Shown here piece after piece: positions 22,349 through 36,900 of a DNA stretch of 64,000 nucleotides (the first letter of the stretch is position 1; each line of letters begins with the position of its first letter). The stretch covers positions 2,480,001 to 2,544,000 of the forward strand of contig CM102284.1 in assembly GCA_046563655.1 (NCBI GenBank), read 5' to 3'. The notes beneath the pieces were generated by a model. That model worked only from the letters and a program-made list of their open reading frames with translations. It was not told where the DNA came from and did not search any database. Both the position numbers and the translations under genes were made by a program. The DNA comes from Yuukianura sp. NJ FZ-2021. Lineage: Eukaryota.

Positions 22349-25300
22349 TTTTTCCTCAACCATAAATCCAGGCGCACCTCTGTCTTTTTTCTTTCATTTA
22401 CTTCATGAATGATGCAAGATTAAATTCGGAATTTGGCGCTTTCTGTATTCCATTTTGACGTTTCAGTTCTTGAGACTTTAATCAAATCTCCCGTTGTGTT
22501 ACCCATTTGGCGATCTATTTGTAAATTCAGGTCGTTCTCGTTTCAAAATTGTGGAAGTTTTCAATTCAGTGCCATCATTTTTAGATAATTTCCTTTCGTT
22601 GGAGGAAAGTGTAATGGAACCTCATCTTTTACGTTAGACAATATCCCATTTCCCTCCGAAGAAAGTCGAAACTGTTATTAATCTCACTCTTCATTCAATC
22701 TTCCCTCTTATCACCACCCATTTTCTTTCAAGACAGGAGAAAGTTACGCAAACTTTTCATTCAACTACGGAGAAGAAAGTTTTTGGGCGGGAACGAAGTG
22801 GCTCATTTGAAGAGGTGATTGAGATATGATGGTCACACGGTGGTGGTGGCAAGAGAGCCCTAATCAATAAATTCCCACAGCTAACAAGCTCTGCAGCGTC
22901 CCTATGCTGCCCCACCAACTCCACTAGCTCATAATCTCCCGCTCATAATTCAAAAGAAAGTGTAGCGGTGGTGAGATTGGAACCCCCGCCGCACGTAGGG
23001 GCAAACCAAACCTTACACGTTCGGGCTACGAAACACACAGGCCTGTGTAGCGGTGGAGGTTGAATCAGTTGAGGAAAATGGTCCCGAGAGACGCATTTCC
23101 GCTCCTACTTTTCTCCAAAGTAACCTAAATTTTGGTGGCGGGTCTTTTCAAAATTGTAGCACAGAAGAAACCAAGGTTTCGTTAGGCGTCCATACATGTA
23201 CGCATCTTTTTAACTCTTCCCGCAAACTTTCTCTCTCTTTTTGACTGCCCGCCGTGTCCAAAGTGAGGCGTCGTGTTCGTTAAGCCTCACCTTAGGAAAC
23301 CTTCCTTTTAGAAAAACACCACTTCCTGAAACTGGCGAAAAGGGGAGATTTTCAAAAAAAAAAAGTTTTGCAAAGTTCAAGCTTTTTTTTTGTTTTCTTT
23401 GGGCTTTTTCAAAATGCTTTCCATCAGCACTTTTTTCACTCTCACTGACACGGCACAAGAAATCTTCTTTTTGTAATTGATAAAACTGCTTTCAAAGTTG
23501 AGAGACTTCAGAAAACAATAAAAACTTCAAAACTTGAAACATTGCTTTCAAAAGTCGAGAGACCCCGACAAAGAAACTTTCAATTGTAACAAAGTACTAA
23601 GCCTATCGTAAATTCAAAAGAAAAAAATTTTCAAAATTTTAAATTTGAGCAAAACTTTTGACACACTTCTGTTGAGAATGCTTAGTTTCAGTCAGGAATA
23701 AGCGTATCTCGTAAATTGATACGAAACTTTTTGGTTCTCAAAATTTAAAAAAATTGCAGACTTTTTGGAAAAGCAGAGATTTGTATCGTGAGTCACAAAA
23801 AGCAGCTAATGGCCGAAAAGCCATTTTTGCCAAGATTTTTTTTTAACAGTGAAATCCATAGCTTTTAAGTACTTCAAATCAGCAGCTACTCAAGAAAGCA
23901 ATTGCACGTAGCGCTCAAACTCAATTTGCGCCTTCTTTTTCTCTGCCTCTTTTCAGCGATAACTGGACGTGTTCGCTTGGCGGAAATCGGTTGAATCGTT
24001 GCAAAAGGTGAAGTCATCCCATCTGGTTCCCTCCTCTCTCCTTTTGAAATTCCCTCCATAAAAACGGTATTTGCGCTTCTAAGTTCCGTAATTTGAAGTG
24101 AGTCGTAAAAGGAGCCATTACTCTTCCTCTGCCCTGCACTTTCACTGGATGCTGGCTCTAATGAATGGCTCTCCTCGCAGTCCCTCTTCCGCCAGAAGGA
24201 GTGTCAACCACACCTGGGCCACTCACCAAAACACACTCAAACCTACTACTCGAAACAGAACGAAAAACAGGAACGCGCCAAACTTTCAATCTTTCAAAAT
24301 TCCCTATTCCAGGTTACCTCTCACAAACAGTGCTAATGGTAACCAGAGCTTGAGAAAGTTTGAAAAGTAGGGCCATTCTCACTTTTCACTCTAAACGCAT
24401 AAACTACAAAGTTAACAACTACACAAATCAAGTACAAATCGATATATTCCATCATATTTTCCATCCCCTTACACCATATATGCAATACACCATATGTACA
24501 ATATACATAGTTCCTATTTTACAATCCTGCAGAATTGCATATTATATTATATAATTCATTTGTTGCACGTACTATTATGTAATACGCGTATGAAATATAT
24601 CATATAATGTATCAAAAACACACTACATCGGTAAGTACATTACGCACTATATTACCTAATAACAAATACTACACATATTACCTATACCATTGCGAAAGGA
24701 TAATCATATGATGATACATATTTACATGATGCAAGAATAGATAGTACACATACTACATATTACACACCATCACTAACACATCGGTGTTATAGCTGATACT
24801 CATGTGCTAAATTCCATTCTACAGTTGGATTTGAATTAGGAAGAATCGCAAAGCACACTCACTCTTGGCCGTGTGGAGTGTATGCATGCTAAATTAGGTG
24901 AAAAAATTGAGAACAGAAAAGCGCGGTAATGTGAGAACGCAGTTTGAACAACCAACTGGTTGCAGCAGAAGAGAAGCAGCCTATCGTGTGGAAAAAGTTT
25001 CAGGGTAAAGTGATGATGTAGTGATATCCTTGAAAGCTGAGGTTTTTAAATTTGAATTTTCCCGCGCTTTTTTGCTCCATTTGCTTATGGTTTTTCCTCT
25101 ATTGTTTTTTTAGATACTTCCGCAGCCCCACCCTTCCACCTATCCAAGTCCCACTTAATGAAGATTGATGGAGTTCAATGAGGTGTGAATTACCACTAGC
25201 ACACAGTGATTAATTAGCCAACCCTCGTTTTCCTCATTTCATTCGCAGGTTGAATTTTCCCTCCAGAACATTGAACCACAACCTGCCAGGTTCCCACGGA

Positions 25301-27986
25301 GCGGCAAAATTCAAAACCACAATCACAGATTTTCACTTTTACATGAATCCAGAACAAAATTTGAAATGGAGTCATGAAATAACACTCTGTCTGCTCCATG
25401 TTTCAGTTGTGCTCCAAATCCAGTCCTTTTCTCTGCTTTTGTTTTTTTCGGCAATGGGAGAGCGCCGGTAGAATTTGAAATCAGGAAAGGAGTGACTTTC
25501 ACTTCCTCATCCAGAATTGCAGGAAAGTACAACGTACGGCCTAATGCCTTTTCTGGACGAAGAGTCCAAAGTTCCCACCATTTTGTAATTCGAGTCACGT
25601 GTTGCAGCTCAAGTCCTGATTTTCAGTTAGTCATAAATATAATATGCCTCATAAATGATCCTGGGGACACACTACTCAAGTCCTGGAAGCAGCAGTACGA
25701 CCAGTCTCCTGGGAATTAAGCAAATCTCCTCAACAACGATTTGCTCCACACTAAACAACTCAGAAAGTTGCAACTTTCTAGAAACCAATACTTTTGAGCA
25801 ACTCACTCAGTTGCTTCACTGTGTATATTATTTAGGTGAAATGGCTGGACCGTGACTACTTTTAGAAACGTTGGAGTGCTGAGCAAATAGTGTTGAGGAA
25901 CGAACGGGGTAGAGTGCGGTCAGTTTGAGGAGGAATTACATGTTGAGGTAATCACTGTTGAACTAATGTGAGGGATAGGAGCATAGGATGACAGGAAACG
26001 AGAGGGAAAATTTAAAGTCCCCGGGATTCCATTACAGCTTATCATGCACGTTCATAATTCCCGCTCAACGCTCAGCAGGTTTCCATTATTTTGGGAAAGT
26101 TGTCGCAGAGTGCCCCAGTTTAATTAACTCTCGCAACAGACACGTATGGACCCCGTGGTTAATAAAGTTTAATTAAAATTGAGCTATGGCTATAACTTAT
26201 AAATTAACCAATTGCAGTTAAGTGACAATTTGAAGCGTTTCCTTACTTAATCTCAATTGGGAGTGATTATACATTAACTGAAAATAAGTTAACCTAAACA
26301 TGAAGTAAAGTAAACGCTACTGAGGTTAAAAGTTTGCGTTAGGGCAAGAGGTTTTCTATGTGGACGCCTGAAGGGGCTTCATTTCTTTTTAACTTGAAAG
26401 CTAAGTGATGCGGAAAAGTTTTCAATGAAGTTTCAAGTTGAACTATGCTAAAAAAAAACTCACAAAAAAGTTAGTTGTCGATCGCAAAAACCGTCGCGTA
26501 CTTGAAGTTTTTTGTGTAAAATTTTTCTGCCATGGACGTGGACAACAACGAAAGAGCTGATCGTCTGCTTTTGATGTTTGAAGCTGGAGCGCGTTTTCAT
26601 TCTCAAGTGTTCCCCCGGTCCACTTCAGCGTCAACTTGACAGGCCGGAGAGCAGACCCAGCTCAGATTCCATTCAACCGGGCATTATAATGCAAAATGAG
26701 AATACAAATTTTGCAGTACAGTTGACTGGGTATTGATCCGGCGTTAGAATATTATTCAAATTTAGCGTAGTACTTCAGATCCGTTTCAACTTTCAACATC
26801 AAATCAACACGAATCAACTTTTTCAAGAAAAAATCTTTGCAAAATTAACATCGCTTCATACGCTTCATAACATCGCAAGTATAAGTTAAGCATTTAATAC
26901 TGCAAGCAACATATGATATATGTCATAATTTGCAAGCTACGACGAATAAATAATGTTGCAAAGTCTAGTTGAAACTTTTGTTCTATTTTGATGACATAAT
27001 TTATGTACAGTTTTTAGCATGTACGGCGTTTCCAGAATTTTTCAGCTTTCCAGCACCATAGTGGCACGGCTCAAAAATAAATTGGACGAAAGTTTTGTTA
27101 GCCACTTGAGTTAAGGGCGTGAATTTTCAAATTTGAGTAAGCTTTTACGCGCTCCTCACGCTGTTGGATGAGATTTTGTGTATTTGCTAATAAGAGCGTC
27201 CATAAATAATGTAGGCGGGTGACACTTTCTCTTTAGTTTGCTTGGAGCGAACTCAACCAGCTTCTGGTCCATGTGCCTCCGTCCAAGGAGTGAAAGTGTG
27301 GGAAAAGTGGCAGAGTGGCGGAAGATAATGAGATTTGGTTGATGAAATGCATCTTCCTGGTTGGCTACCCTGTCATATTTTGTGCCGCTTCATGACCAGG
27401 TTAGGTTAGGCCAACTTAACGTTAAGTTCCATTCAGAAACGTATTCAAAAGAGTCCGCAGCCCCTTCTCCGATAATAATGAAGGTCCCGGGTTTTAATGA
27501 TGTCGAAAACTTATGTTAGGTTACTTTAGGTTAGTATAGGGCCCTTCGCTCTGCTTTCGGCACCGAACAAGAATGGAATCTTCACGTTATTCAGCCTCAG
27601 CCTCTGATTCTGAGCACTTTGGAGCCACACACTCCACTTTCTCTTTTTGGGCGCCAAAGTGAAAGTGCTCTCATTTCAGGAAGAGAAAGCATGGGCGTGA
27701 CAAGTCCTTAGATCTCTGCGGCAGTAGAACTAAACCTAACAACAATAGCCTATTCACTAAAAGTCCTTGGCAATAGGAACACCACTTGACAAAACTTTGA
27801 ACATGTCGTGCACCAGCTCTTGAGTTATTGGGACAGTACAAAACACTCGTTTTTGTCTCTCTGGGAAACTGCTTCAGGAGTTTTGAGAGTTCAAATTCTG
27901 GAAGCACTTTCACCAACGAGCACGTGACGCTTGACCAAAGAATTCTCGTGACATACTTTCCAGACACCAGAACATTTTTGAACACC

Positions 27987-30900
27987 ATGTTTTCAAAGTG
28001 GCGGGAAACTTCTATCCTGGCGTGTCTACTTACAATTTGGAGGAATGCTGAAGGTTAGTTTTAAACAATTTGCAAATTCAATATGTTAGGTTTTGTTATG
28101 CAATAAAAGTAGTAATTAAACTTTATATTACTTACTTACCCTTAAACTGTACATGTTTTTGCACTTTCATAAAACTGAAATGCAACTTATTTTCAAAATT
28201 TTGAATAATGACATGAAAATAGTAAGCTCTACTATTTGCAAAACTATTGCTCAGCGGGGCGCCGATAGGATAATAAATAAGTCTTTTGAATTTGGCGCGG
28301 TTTAGGATTTTCAAAAAACTAATTTTGCGAAATTTCCGTTTGATTAAACTATAAAACGCAGTGTTTGCACTAAGACTATAATTGACACATATAAATGATT
28401 GTGGCGTGGAGCTTCTTGGTTTGTGTAAAATGAGCTTAATAAGGAACGAACGTGAGACGGCAAGTTGTTTGGTTGTTCATTTGGCACAAATTGGCGGGAG
28501 AATTGAAGTTGATAGTTCTGTTGTGTTTGGCGTGATTCTTCGCTGTATGATTAATTTTAATTAGAAACCGGAGATTCCAAATTAGAGGAGGTTGGTTGCA
28601 ACAGTGGTGATTCTAGAATTGGATCCGAGATGAGCTAGAAGCTTCAAGGGAATTGAAATTGGAGATGACAGAAGAGCAGAGAGGGAGATGAATTTTGAAT
28701 TCTTGTTTTGATAGGTTGATAGACAGGGTGGGATCAACAGAGGGAATGTGGTCTGACTCTGAATATTCAGATAACACAAATCCCCTGAGTCTTCTGACAG
28801 GCAGCATTCCATCAGGAAATAAACACCACTTCCGTTGATGCAGCTTCACTCCAGTACAGCAACAACAGTAGCATTCCTCATAGTCACGCAATTTTTTTTA
28901 AAGGCTCAACCCAAATCTACGAAAATATGAATTTCCGGTGAACAAGAGAGACTACTTGCCATCGTGGTAGAAAGATTTTTGTTATCCTAAGCATCAACAG
29001 TCGACGAGATGGGTCAAAATGAGATTCATGTGGTTGTCAGGAAACATGCCGCAAAATTTGATTTCGGGCTCATGTTTTGTGGTAAACTAAATTTTAGAAA
29101 CCACAGAAACAAACAACTCGAAATACACTTTATGCTTAGTAGGCGTATGGTTTACGTTGTATTTATATTTCATACATTTTATTCGTATACGCGTTTGGTT
29201 AGCATCCATGAATTCCATTACTAGAATATTTTGTTAAATTTGCTAACAAGATCGCCTATTCTAATGTTTAACATAGCGGTATCCACATATATATTTTTTT
29301 AACTACATGCATACAACCGGGTAAATATTATACGTACATATCAAAGATATGGATGAATATGAGCTATATGCAGCAACACATTTAAACATGCCCAATTTAA
29401 TGAACGCATTTCCTTGGGCACTGTAACCTATAGAAACGTGTTCCTTCGTATCAAACATGTGTTGCCGCTTTCCCAACATTGTATACCATGTGTTTGGCTC
29501 GCCAACAGGAAGAGCATTCACATATCCGGACAAACATGGAATCCTGCCAGTTTTTTTTTTGTTAAAAATTTTTGAAAAGTTGATTAACAAATACATCTTG
29601 CAAACTCTTCAGCTTTCTGTTAAAAATGTCATATTGCTTTTTTTTTGAAATTCTACTATAGAGTTTTCAAAGCAAAGTTTGTGCTTTTGAAGCTTGCTAA
29701 AGTAAATTTTCAGTCAAATTAGTCATCAAATCAAATCCAAGCGGATTTGATGATCGAGACAGGAGTTTTTGTTCCAGTGGTTTGAGTATTAACTGAGGCA
29801 GCATGAGTGGCACAAGGATTTGAAACATCTGTTGGCGGTAGGATTTGAAAAAGTCATTAACTTTGGCGCAGCACACTTTTAGATTCATAAAATGGCTTGT
29901 TAGAAGGGCCTTGCTCTTCGATGGTTACAAAAGAGAAAATGGTTGTCGTTCCATTAATAATAATTTCTCAATTCAATTTTTAAAAGTTCAAGTTTTTTGG
30001 AAAACGGAAAAAAGTTCTTATTCTTTGTCAACTTGGACGACCTCAGAAAACTTCTTTTACTTTTTCTCTCTCGAAAAAACGGTCAATTTTTCCGCTACTC
30101 TTTTTTTCAGTGTCGCTTCAAACAAAAACTTTAAATTGAAAATTTTTTGCACAACCTTGAAGTAAAAGTGTGTTAATTGGAAAGATTTTTTTTTAAATAA
30201 AATAAGTAAAATGGAAATTTTGAATGGAATAATGAGAATACGTTTGTTAACTTTTTTTTAACTTTAACTGATTAAATTTTGCCGCCAAAGATATTTGGCG
30301 ATAGGTTTGACGGTTCAATTTGTTTTTGAAATATGTGCTATACTGACGTTTGGGTTCTATCGTTTGGTCCATCTTTTCGAAAACTGTCTCTCCTTATGGT
30401 TTTTGTGCCAAAAAGAAGTGGATCGTTACTTCATCAAGATTTCAACTTTCCCCTCCACCATTTACATTTGTTAAGAAGAGCAACGTGGAGTGCAGGGACA
30501 TGGTTTGAACCTCGGCGGAAACTGTATGAATATTTCCATCATTTTTAATAGTTGAACTCTGGAAATGAAAAAGAGGGAAGTTCCCTTGGCTTCTTCAACT
30601 TAAAAAGTTCTTTGGACTGAATCGTTGAGGGACTCACTTTGAATTACAAAGACTTCTTCCCGCCTTTTCCTTCTCTCTCTAATGGCACTCCATTTGACTC
30701 CACTTTTGAATTCAAAATTAATTGAAATGGGGGTACGCACGGGGACACTGTGGTGTCGCCTAGGTAAAAACTCAAAGAAAAGGCATGATTAACGCCGTTC
30801 CCTTGACAGCAACCAATTGTCAATTGTACTTTTGGCATTGTCACGCTCTGTACTAAACTGCCAATCCAAATAAATATCCATCTATCACATTCGGATTTCA

Positions 30901-33900
30901 TGCCCTTAATCACTTCCACTCCGTTGTCACATAAAGGACAATCAACTGGACTGTGTGTATCTGCTGCAGACTTCAAAGCGTAATCGCAACGAAACGATTT
31001 TACCGTTTGATTATTTTGTTTCGGTTATGTTCAGTTATTAAGACCTCGTGCAAAAATGTTTTAAACGGCTGAACCGTTCCGTATAAAATAATGTTACGGA
31101 ATGAGGCAAAAAGTTCTAGTTCATCAGCACTGTCGTCAAAAGGCACAAAGAATGTATGTGTCACAGTTTACCTTTTGTAAGTATTACTAAAATTAGTAAA
31201 ATTAGTAAAATTACTAAAATTAACCTAGTCTATTTTTGTTTGTTTTGTTTTTTCGTGAGATGATACCGTTCTTTGTGGGTAGAGTTTTCGGCATTCTTTG
31301 ATTTGCGGTTTTTGATTAGCCGATTGTATGGAGCTGTGTCGTTCCGTTCCGGTGTCCCGGATTTGGCCCGAAACCTGTACGCATATGAGTAGTAGAGTGC
31401 ATACCTCTTTGAATCGAAAGGTGGCGCTTTTTCTTGTGTTTTGTTTTCCCGAAACAGAATATCGAAATCGAATTCGTTTCGTTTCTGACTTAGGGTTTGG
31501 TACAATCCCTCCGCTCCATTTAAAATTAACCGTGCTAGAAAGAACAATTTGCGGTGCTTCATCTAAACCGTTCCGAGAAATGTTTCGTTTCGTTCCCGGC
31601 ATAGTGGAATCGGAACAATCTTTGTCGTTTTCTTAGGATTGTGACACTTTGACGAAGAAAAAGGGACAGGAAGGAACCTCATCGAAAGTGGTCGTAACTA
31701 CTACAGTAGGCAGACAGTGTTTGGTTCGTGGGAATGTTAGAGTTTGGATTATCTTGTCCCTGTCAATCCAGTTCCCTTTCTCCCTCCTTTCTCCTTCATC
31801 TTTCCCGCCTTCACCCGCATTTCCAAGAGCAAATAAACTGAAAGTCCACTCCTGTCTCCTGCAATGCTCTCGCACTCTGTTTAGATTGAAGAATCCTCTT
31901 AAACCAAAAAAAGAGATTCCAGATTCTAAACAGAAATCAAGTCTGATTTTGAGAACGGAAAAAAATCACATCTTGTTTTCCACTTGAAAAAAAAATCGAA
32001 AATTCGGACGTCGGACTTTGAGATTTTTTCAAACTGTATGAGATTTTTTTTTCAAAATTCTACTGGACTGCTCTCTAGAGAGACACATCTCGTAATTCAA
32101 GTTGAAACAAACGCTGGAAGGAAAAAAAGCAACATAGAGAAAGATACTAAAGGGGAACGACCATGTTGTAGCTCATCTTATCTTTGTAAAAACCGCGCGC
32201 ACTTATGCTTTTGCTGGAGAAAGCACTGAAAGGAGTGGATAATAAACTGGAGCCATGCAGAAACCTACATGATTTTTAGTGGGAACATTGAAACGATTCT
32301 CCTCTGCTTTTGCTACTACTCCTCTTTGTTTCTCAAAAACAATGAAACTCCATTGTGTTACCGCGTTTTGTGCTGAGAGTGCGGGAAACACTGTTCCTTT
32401 AGAGTGAACATCTCATCATGCCCCGCATCGATCCAGCATTCTCAAAAACAAGAGCCACCACCACTATGAACCACCAAACCATGTCAATAATTTCATAATG
32501 GTGGGAAAGAACCCTCCCGCGCTCTATTTTAAGGAAAAGATAAACTAAAGCGTTGCGGAGGAACACAAGAAGTGTTTCAGATTTTGATGTGCTGAAAAGA
32601 GCAGAGAAAGCGGATAAAACAACAAAAATACTAAAGAAAAGGCAGATGGACTTGACAGGCTACAAAACTTATTTTCTCTGCCAATTGCAAAGCCAACTCT
32701 TTTTTCTCCAATTCTTCACCTTACCATTGACTCTAATTTAAAAAACAATGATTTGACAATAAAAAATCACGACTTTGATAAAAAAAAATTGCATCAAACA
32801 TAATTTCAAAATCACCTGCTAAATGTATATTTATTGCAAAACTTTTACTCTCAAAAAGTGCACTTTGAAAACAGTACAAAAAACGAGTGGTTTTTTCGCA
32901 AACCCTTAGGCAAAATACATAGGTATTTCAAAAAGCTTATGAAAAGTTATGAAAAAATGAAATGTTTTCAAAATTTACAAGTTCCGAAAAATGAGTGAGA
33001 ACCGTGAAAAATTATTTCAAAAAAGGACAGGCAGAATTGTTGGCACTTTTGACTAAAATGTAATGTATTTGCTAATAAATTTTATTTCAGGAGTCGAATC
33101 AGCAGAAGTCGTTGGACCAACATTCCTTGACGAACCGCCATCCCGCGTTCAATTTTTAAGTGATGCCGGGTTAGACTTGAATTGCTCCGCCACTGGATCC
33201 CCGACACCCACCATCAGTTGGCAATGCGGCGGCGGGGCACCCTGCTCCACCATCTCCGGACTCCGCCTGATCCATGACACAACACTATCCCTTCTGCCCT
33301 TTAGTCCAGACACTTTCCGCCCCGACATTCACGAAAGAACGTATCGATGTGTAGCCGTCAACACTTTCGGAACACTCGTCAAAGACGTAGCTGTCAAAGC
33401 GTGTAAGTTGAATTTCTTTCTCAAATTTCCATAAGTTTTTGATCCTCTCATAGTATTCAAATTTTGATTTCCCTTAGCATGTTGTCCCTCGAGCTTTTCC
33501 AGAGGTACAACAAGTAGGCAAATAAAAATAAGTTTTCCTTTGAAAAAGCAAAAGTTATTTGCTTCCTGCGGCTTTTTTGTGCTTGACGTTTTTTCAAAAG
33601 GAAGCACAAGAAAAGCATCTTCTTTTTGGCCCAAAAAGTTAAAGTCTGATAAGAATAATTGCTTCAAGTCCCCGTTGTGTATAAACTTCAAGTCAGCAAA
33701 TACTGCAAGGCAAGAAGAAACAGAGAAGAGAGGCAAAGGGAAACTTCATCTTGTATTCTCTTGGATACAAATCCCATTTCCATTTATCTTCCGCTCTACC
33801 GGAATCCAAACTTCTGTCAAGAGAACCATCACCTTTTTAAAAAAAAATACACCTCAGCCTTCACTTTCTAGAAAAATACATTTTATTCTAGTTTTTTTAT

Positions 33901-36900
33901 TTTGAAAAAGCGTTTCAAACCATTTTCCTTTTTTTAAAAAAGAGTTCACTGCTTCCCTAGCGGTTAACTTCAATCTCCGCAATTCCACTTTGGAAACAAC
34001 TAACGAACTAGAACCTGGGCGGGCGTTTTAGTTTTATTTTTCCTTGGCGTGTCTCGTCTTGCCCCAAATGAAGTAATGCGAGCCTGGACGGTGAAAGAGA
34101 AAAACAGCGCGAAGAGAGGAGAAAGTTGAAGCTTTTGAATCCTCTTAAGTTCGTGGCTGTGGAGTCGCCAATTAAAGCTTTTTCCATTTTTTCAGAAAAA
34201 AAAAGAAAAAAAAACTTCAAAGCTTGTTACAAAAAAAAGTCGGACGTGATATAAGGAAACATTTGGAAAAAGCGTCAGTTTTAAAACGTAAAAGTTTTGG
34301 TTCAAAAAATAAAGTGGAGGAATTGGGGCGTGATTTAGGCATTAAAACTAAAAATTTTCCAAAAAATACTTTGGAAATAGCCGGTAGGTGTAAAAACTTT
34401 GGCAAAAACGCACAATTATTTTTTAAAATTATACAAAAATTGGGCTTTTTCAGATTTCTGAGTTACTAAACGAACAGTTCATAAACTAACTTTTCCTAAG
34501 TTGCGTTTTTGTAACCAAAATTTTTACATTATTCTATTCTCAAAATTTTATCAAGCCCTGGCGTTACCTTTTTTTTTTAAAAACTTTTAACTTTTCAGAC
34601 AAAAAAATTTCTTCTCAAACAGTTCGGAAATTTTACGAGAAACTGTAGGGTTGAATTTAAATCTGATTTAAAGAAATGTGGAGCAGGTCCTAGGAGAAAT
34701 TACAAAATAGTTGAAATTAACGCGGGAGGAAGTTGGGAAGTTGTGAGTTCGAAATTTTTTTTTTTTGAAAAAGAGCGGCAAGATATGAATTTTGAATGAG
34801 AGGGAAATGCCGTCTGTGACTTTGTGTAGGGTTTGGTGGTGTTGCGGTTTAATTATGGGAAGTTTATACGCGGTGAGGAGATGCAGCAGAGATTGTGTTC
34901 CTCTGTGCCAACCAAGTTCTTTATTAATCATGATGAGGAGGGAATCCAGGCAACAGTTTTACACGGACTTTCTCTTGTGGTTCACTTTTGAAACAAGGCA
35001 GAAATTATTGATTACAGTAGAAAACCAACAAGGACAAAGCAGAAAGGCCTGTACAAATTAGTAAAACTTTAAACCTTCACGCAAAAAATTTAATCTAAAT
35101 TTAAAACATGAACAAACTTTACAATAGGAATTTCTTTTGGTACTTTACGCCCAACGCCACCGCCAATTTCTACTACACTTTTTATTTGGTTCAAAGTCAA
35201 ATGTTGAAAAAAATTATGTAAACAAAAACTAGGTTTTTAGTGTGAACCATCAAAAAATGGAACAAAGCACCAAATTCGTCCATGCTTTTTACTGTTATTG
35301 ATCGTAATTGCTTTCAATATTGAGTCTCACGTAGTATTCCATCAAATTTGAAAATTTTGACAAACTTCATTTTCAAACGCCTTTACGAAAACATCACCTA
35401 AATTTTCCGTATACAAAAGAAACTGGTGAAACAGATATGTGTTCGGAAACTTCTGATTTGAAATATATATTTGCAGATAAGCTGCATTGTTGCATTATGC
35501 TATTACCTTTATAGTATGCCAGTTGAGTACGCTGAAATTTTCAAAAATTGATTTCTTTAAAAAACAAATAAATAAAATAACTAATTTTATGGTAGTGGTG
35601 CCCCCTCATAGCCTGGATCTTCATGTACCTGCCGTAGCTGCCCTCATTGACCTCCCGGCAGTTCTCTCGTGTCAATTTCCTATAGATTTTGGAGAGGTCA
35701 CTTCCTGGATCCGCGATGACCTCTACTTGATATTTCCCAACCAACCCAGTGACAAGTACTTGATTCTTCCAAATGGAAGTCTCCTCATTTGGCAAGTGTC
35801 CTCTCCAGACTTCCACTCCAAGTTCCAGTGTCGAGTTCGCGCCAAATTTGGAGAGCGTGAAGAGTACTTAAGTTCTGAGGGAAGAATCAAACATCCCAGT
35901 AAGCACTTCATTTACACTCTAGATCTACAAACCATGTCTGTAACTTTTAACTCTTTTATACTTTTCTACATCATCCTTATTTTCTAATATAATTCAACCA
36001 AAATTTAACTTTCCTAATTTAATTATATTTTATTTACTGAAATTTGTTCTCAAATTCTATTACCTGTATTTACATTATTCTATACATTTCTATGTTAGAA
36101 TTCAACTTTCTTATGAGTGCTATTAGCATTTATTTAACTTTTTTTTATTATTTAAAAGAGTTAAAAGGAGCTTCTATCAGAATTTCAACGGTAAAGCTAA
36201 CTCCAAAATTAAATATAAAATTTAATTTAATTTAAATAGGCCAAGAGCAGCAAGGGAGACCAATAATTTCTTCATATTTTCCTCCGCGCATGCGCGTTGA
36301 TGAGGGCAAACAGACTGCCCTTCCATGCCTGGCCCTTGGAAGTCCTAAACCTAGAGTTCAATGGTATCGCCGCAAGGTCAATGCCCCCGGGGGTCCGTTT
36401 TTACCGCTCTCAAGTTCGTTTGAAGAAACGCGATTCGATTCTGGCGCTAACGTCGAAACAGCGCCAAAAATTCAAATCCGACATGGCGTCCTTCTCATTC
36501 CTTTTACCAAGCGAATTCATGCTGGCACATACTCTTGTAACGCCACAAACATGCTGGGCAGTGTTGGACATCAAGTAAGAACTTTTTAATTTTTAATTTT
36601 TTTTTTTTGAATCTTGGAAAACAAATTTTACCTTTGACATTTAGCTCGAACTTGCCGTCAACGCACCACTAGAACTCTCCTTTTTCCCGCCCTTACTCAC
36701 GGTTGACCTGGGAAAGACGGCGGAATTCAGTTGTACCTGTTCAGGTAGGCCATGTTTTAAATTTCTGATTTCGAAAATATTTCAAATTTTGAAATGTGGA
36801 ATTTGGCGCTTCTCAGACCCTACAGCTGATGTGCAGTGGCTCAAAGATGGCGCTCAGCTCAAGTCCGGCGGTTTCTCAGGACGGTTACGTTTGAGCAAAC

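Noticed and set aside
24460-24790. TAC/ATA-rich stretch as a structured repeat
   Set aside because: Low-complexity sequence with no definable unit or period.
25344-25471. Alternative Dscam signal-peptide exon (MNPEQNLKW...)
   Set aside because: Hydrophobic, but the nearby donor is weak and not phase-compatible with the exon at 33091; 27987-28053 fits better.
30985-31625. Possible decayed MITE rich in CGTTCC and TTTCG motifs
   Set aside because: No terminal inverted repeats or TSD could be defined by eye.
19400-33000. Many short ORFs in the track as independent genes
   Set aside because: No recognisable domains, low-complexity K/F-rich translations and no consistent exon chains; better explained as Dscam upstream and intronic DNA.
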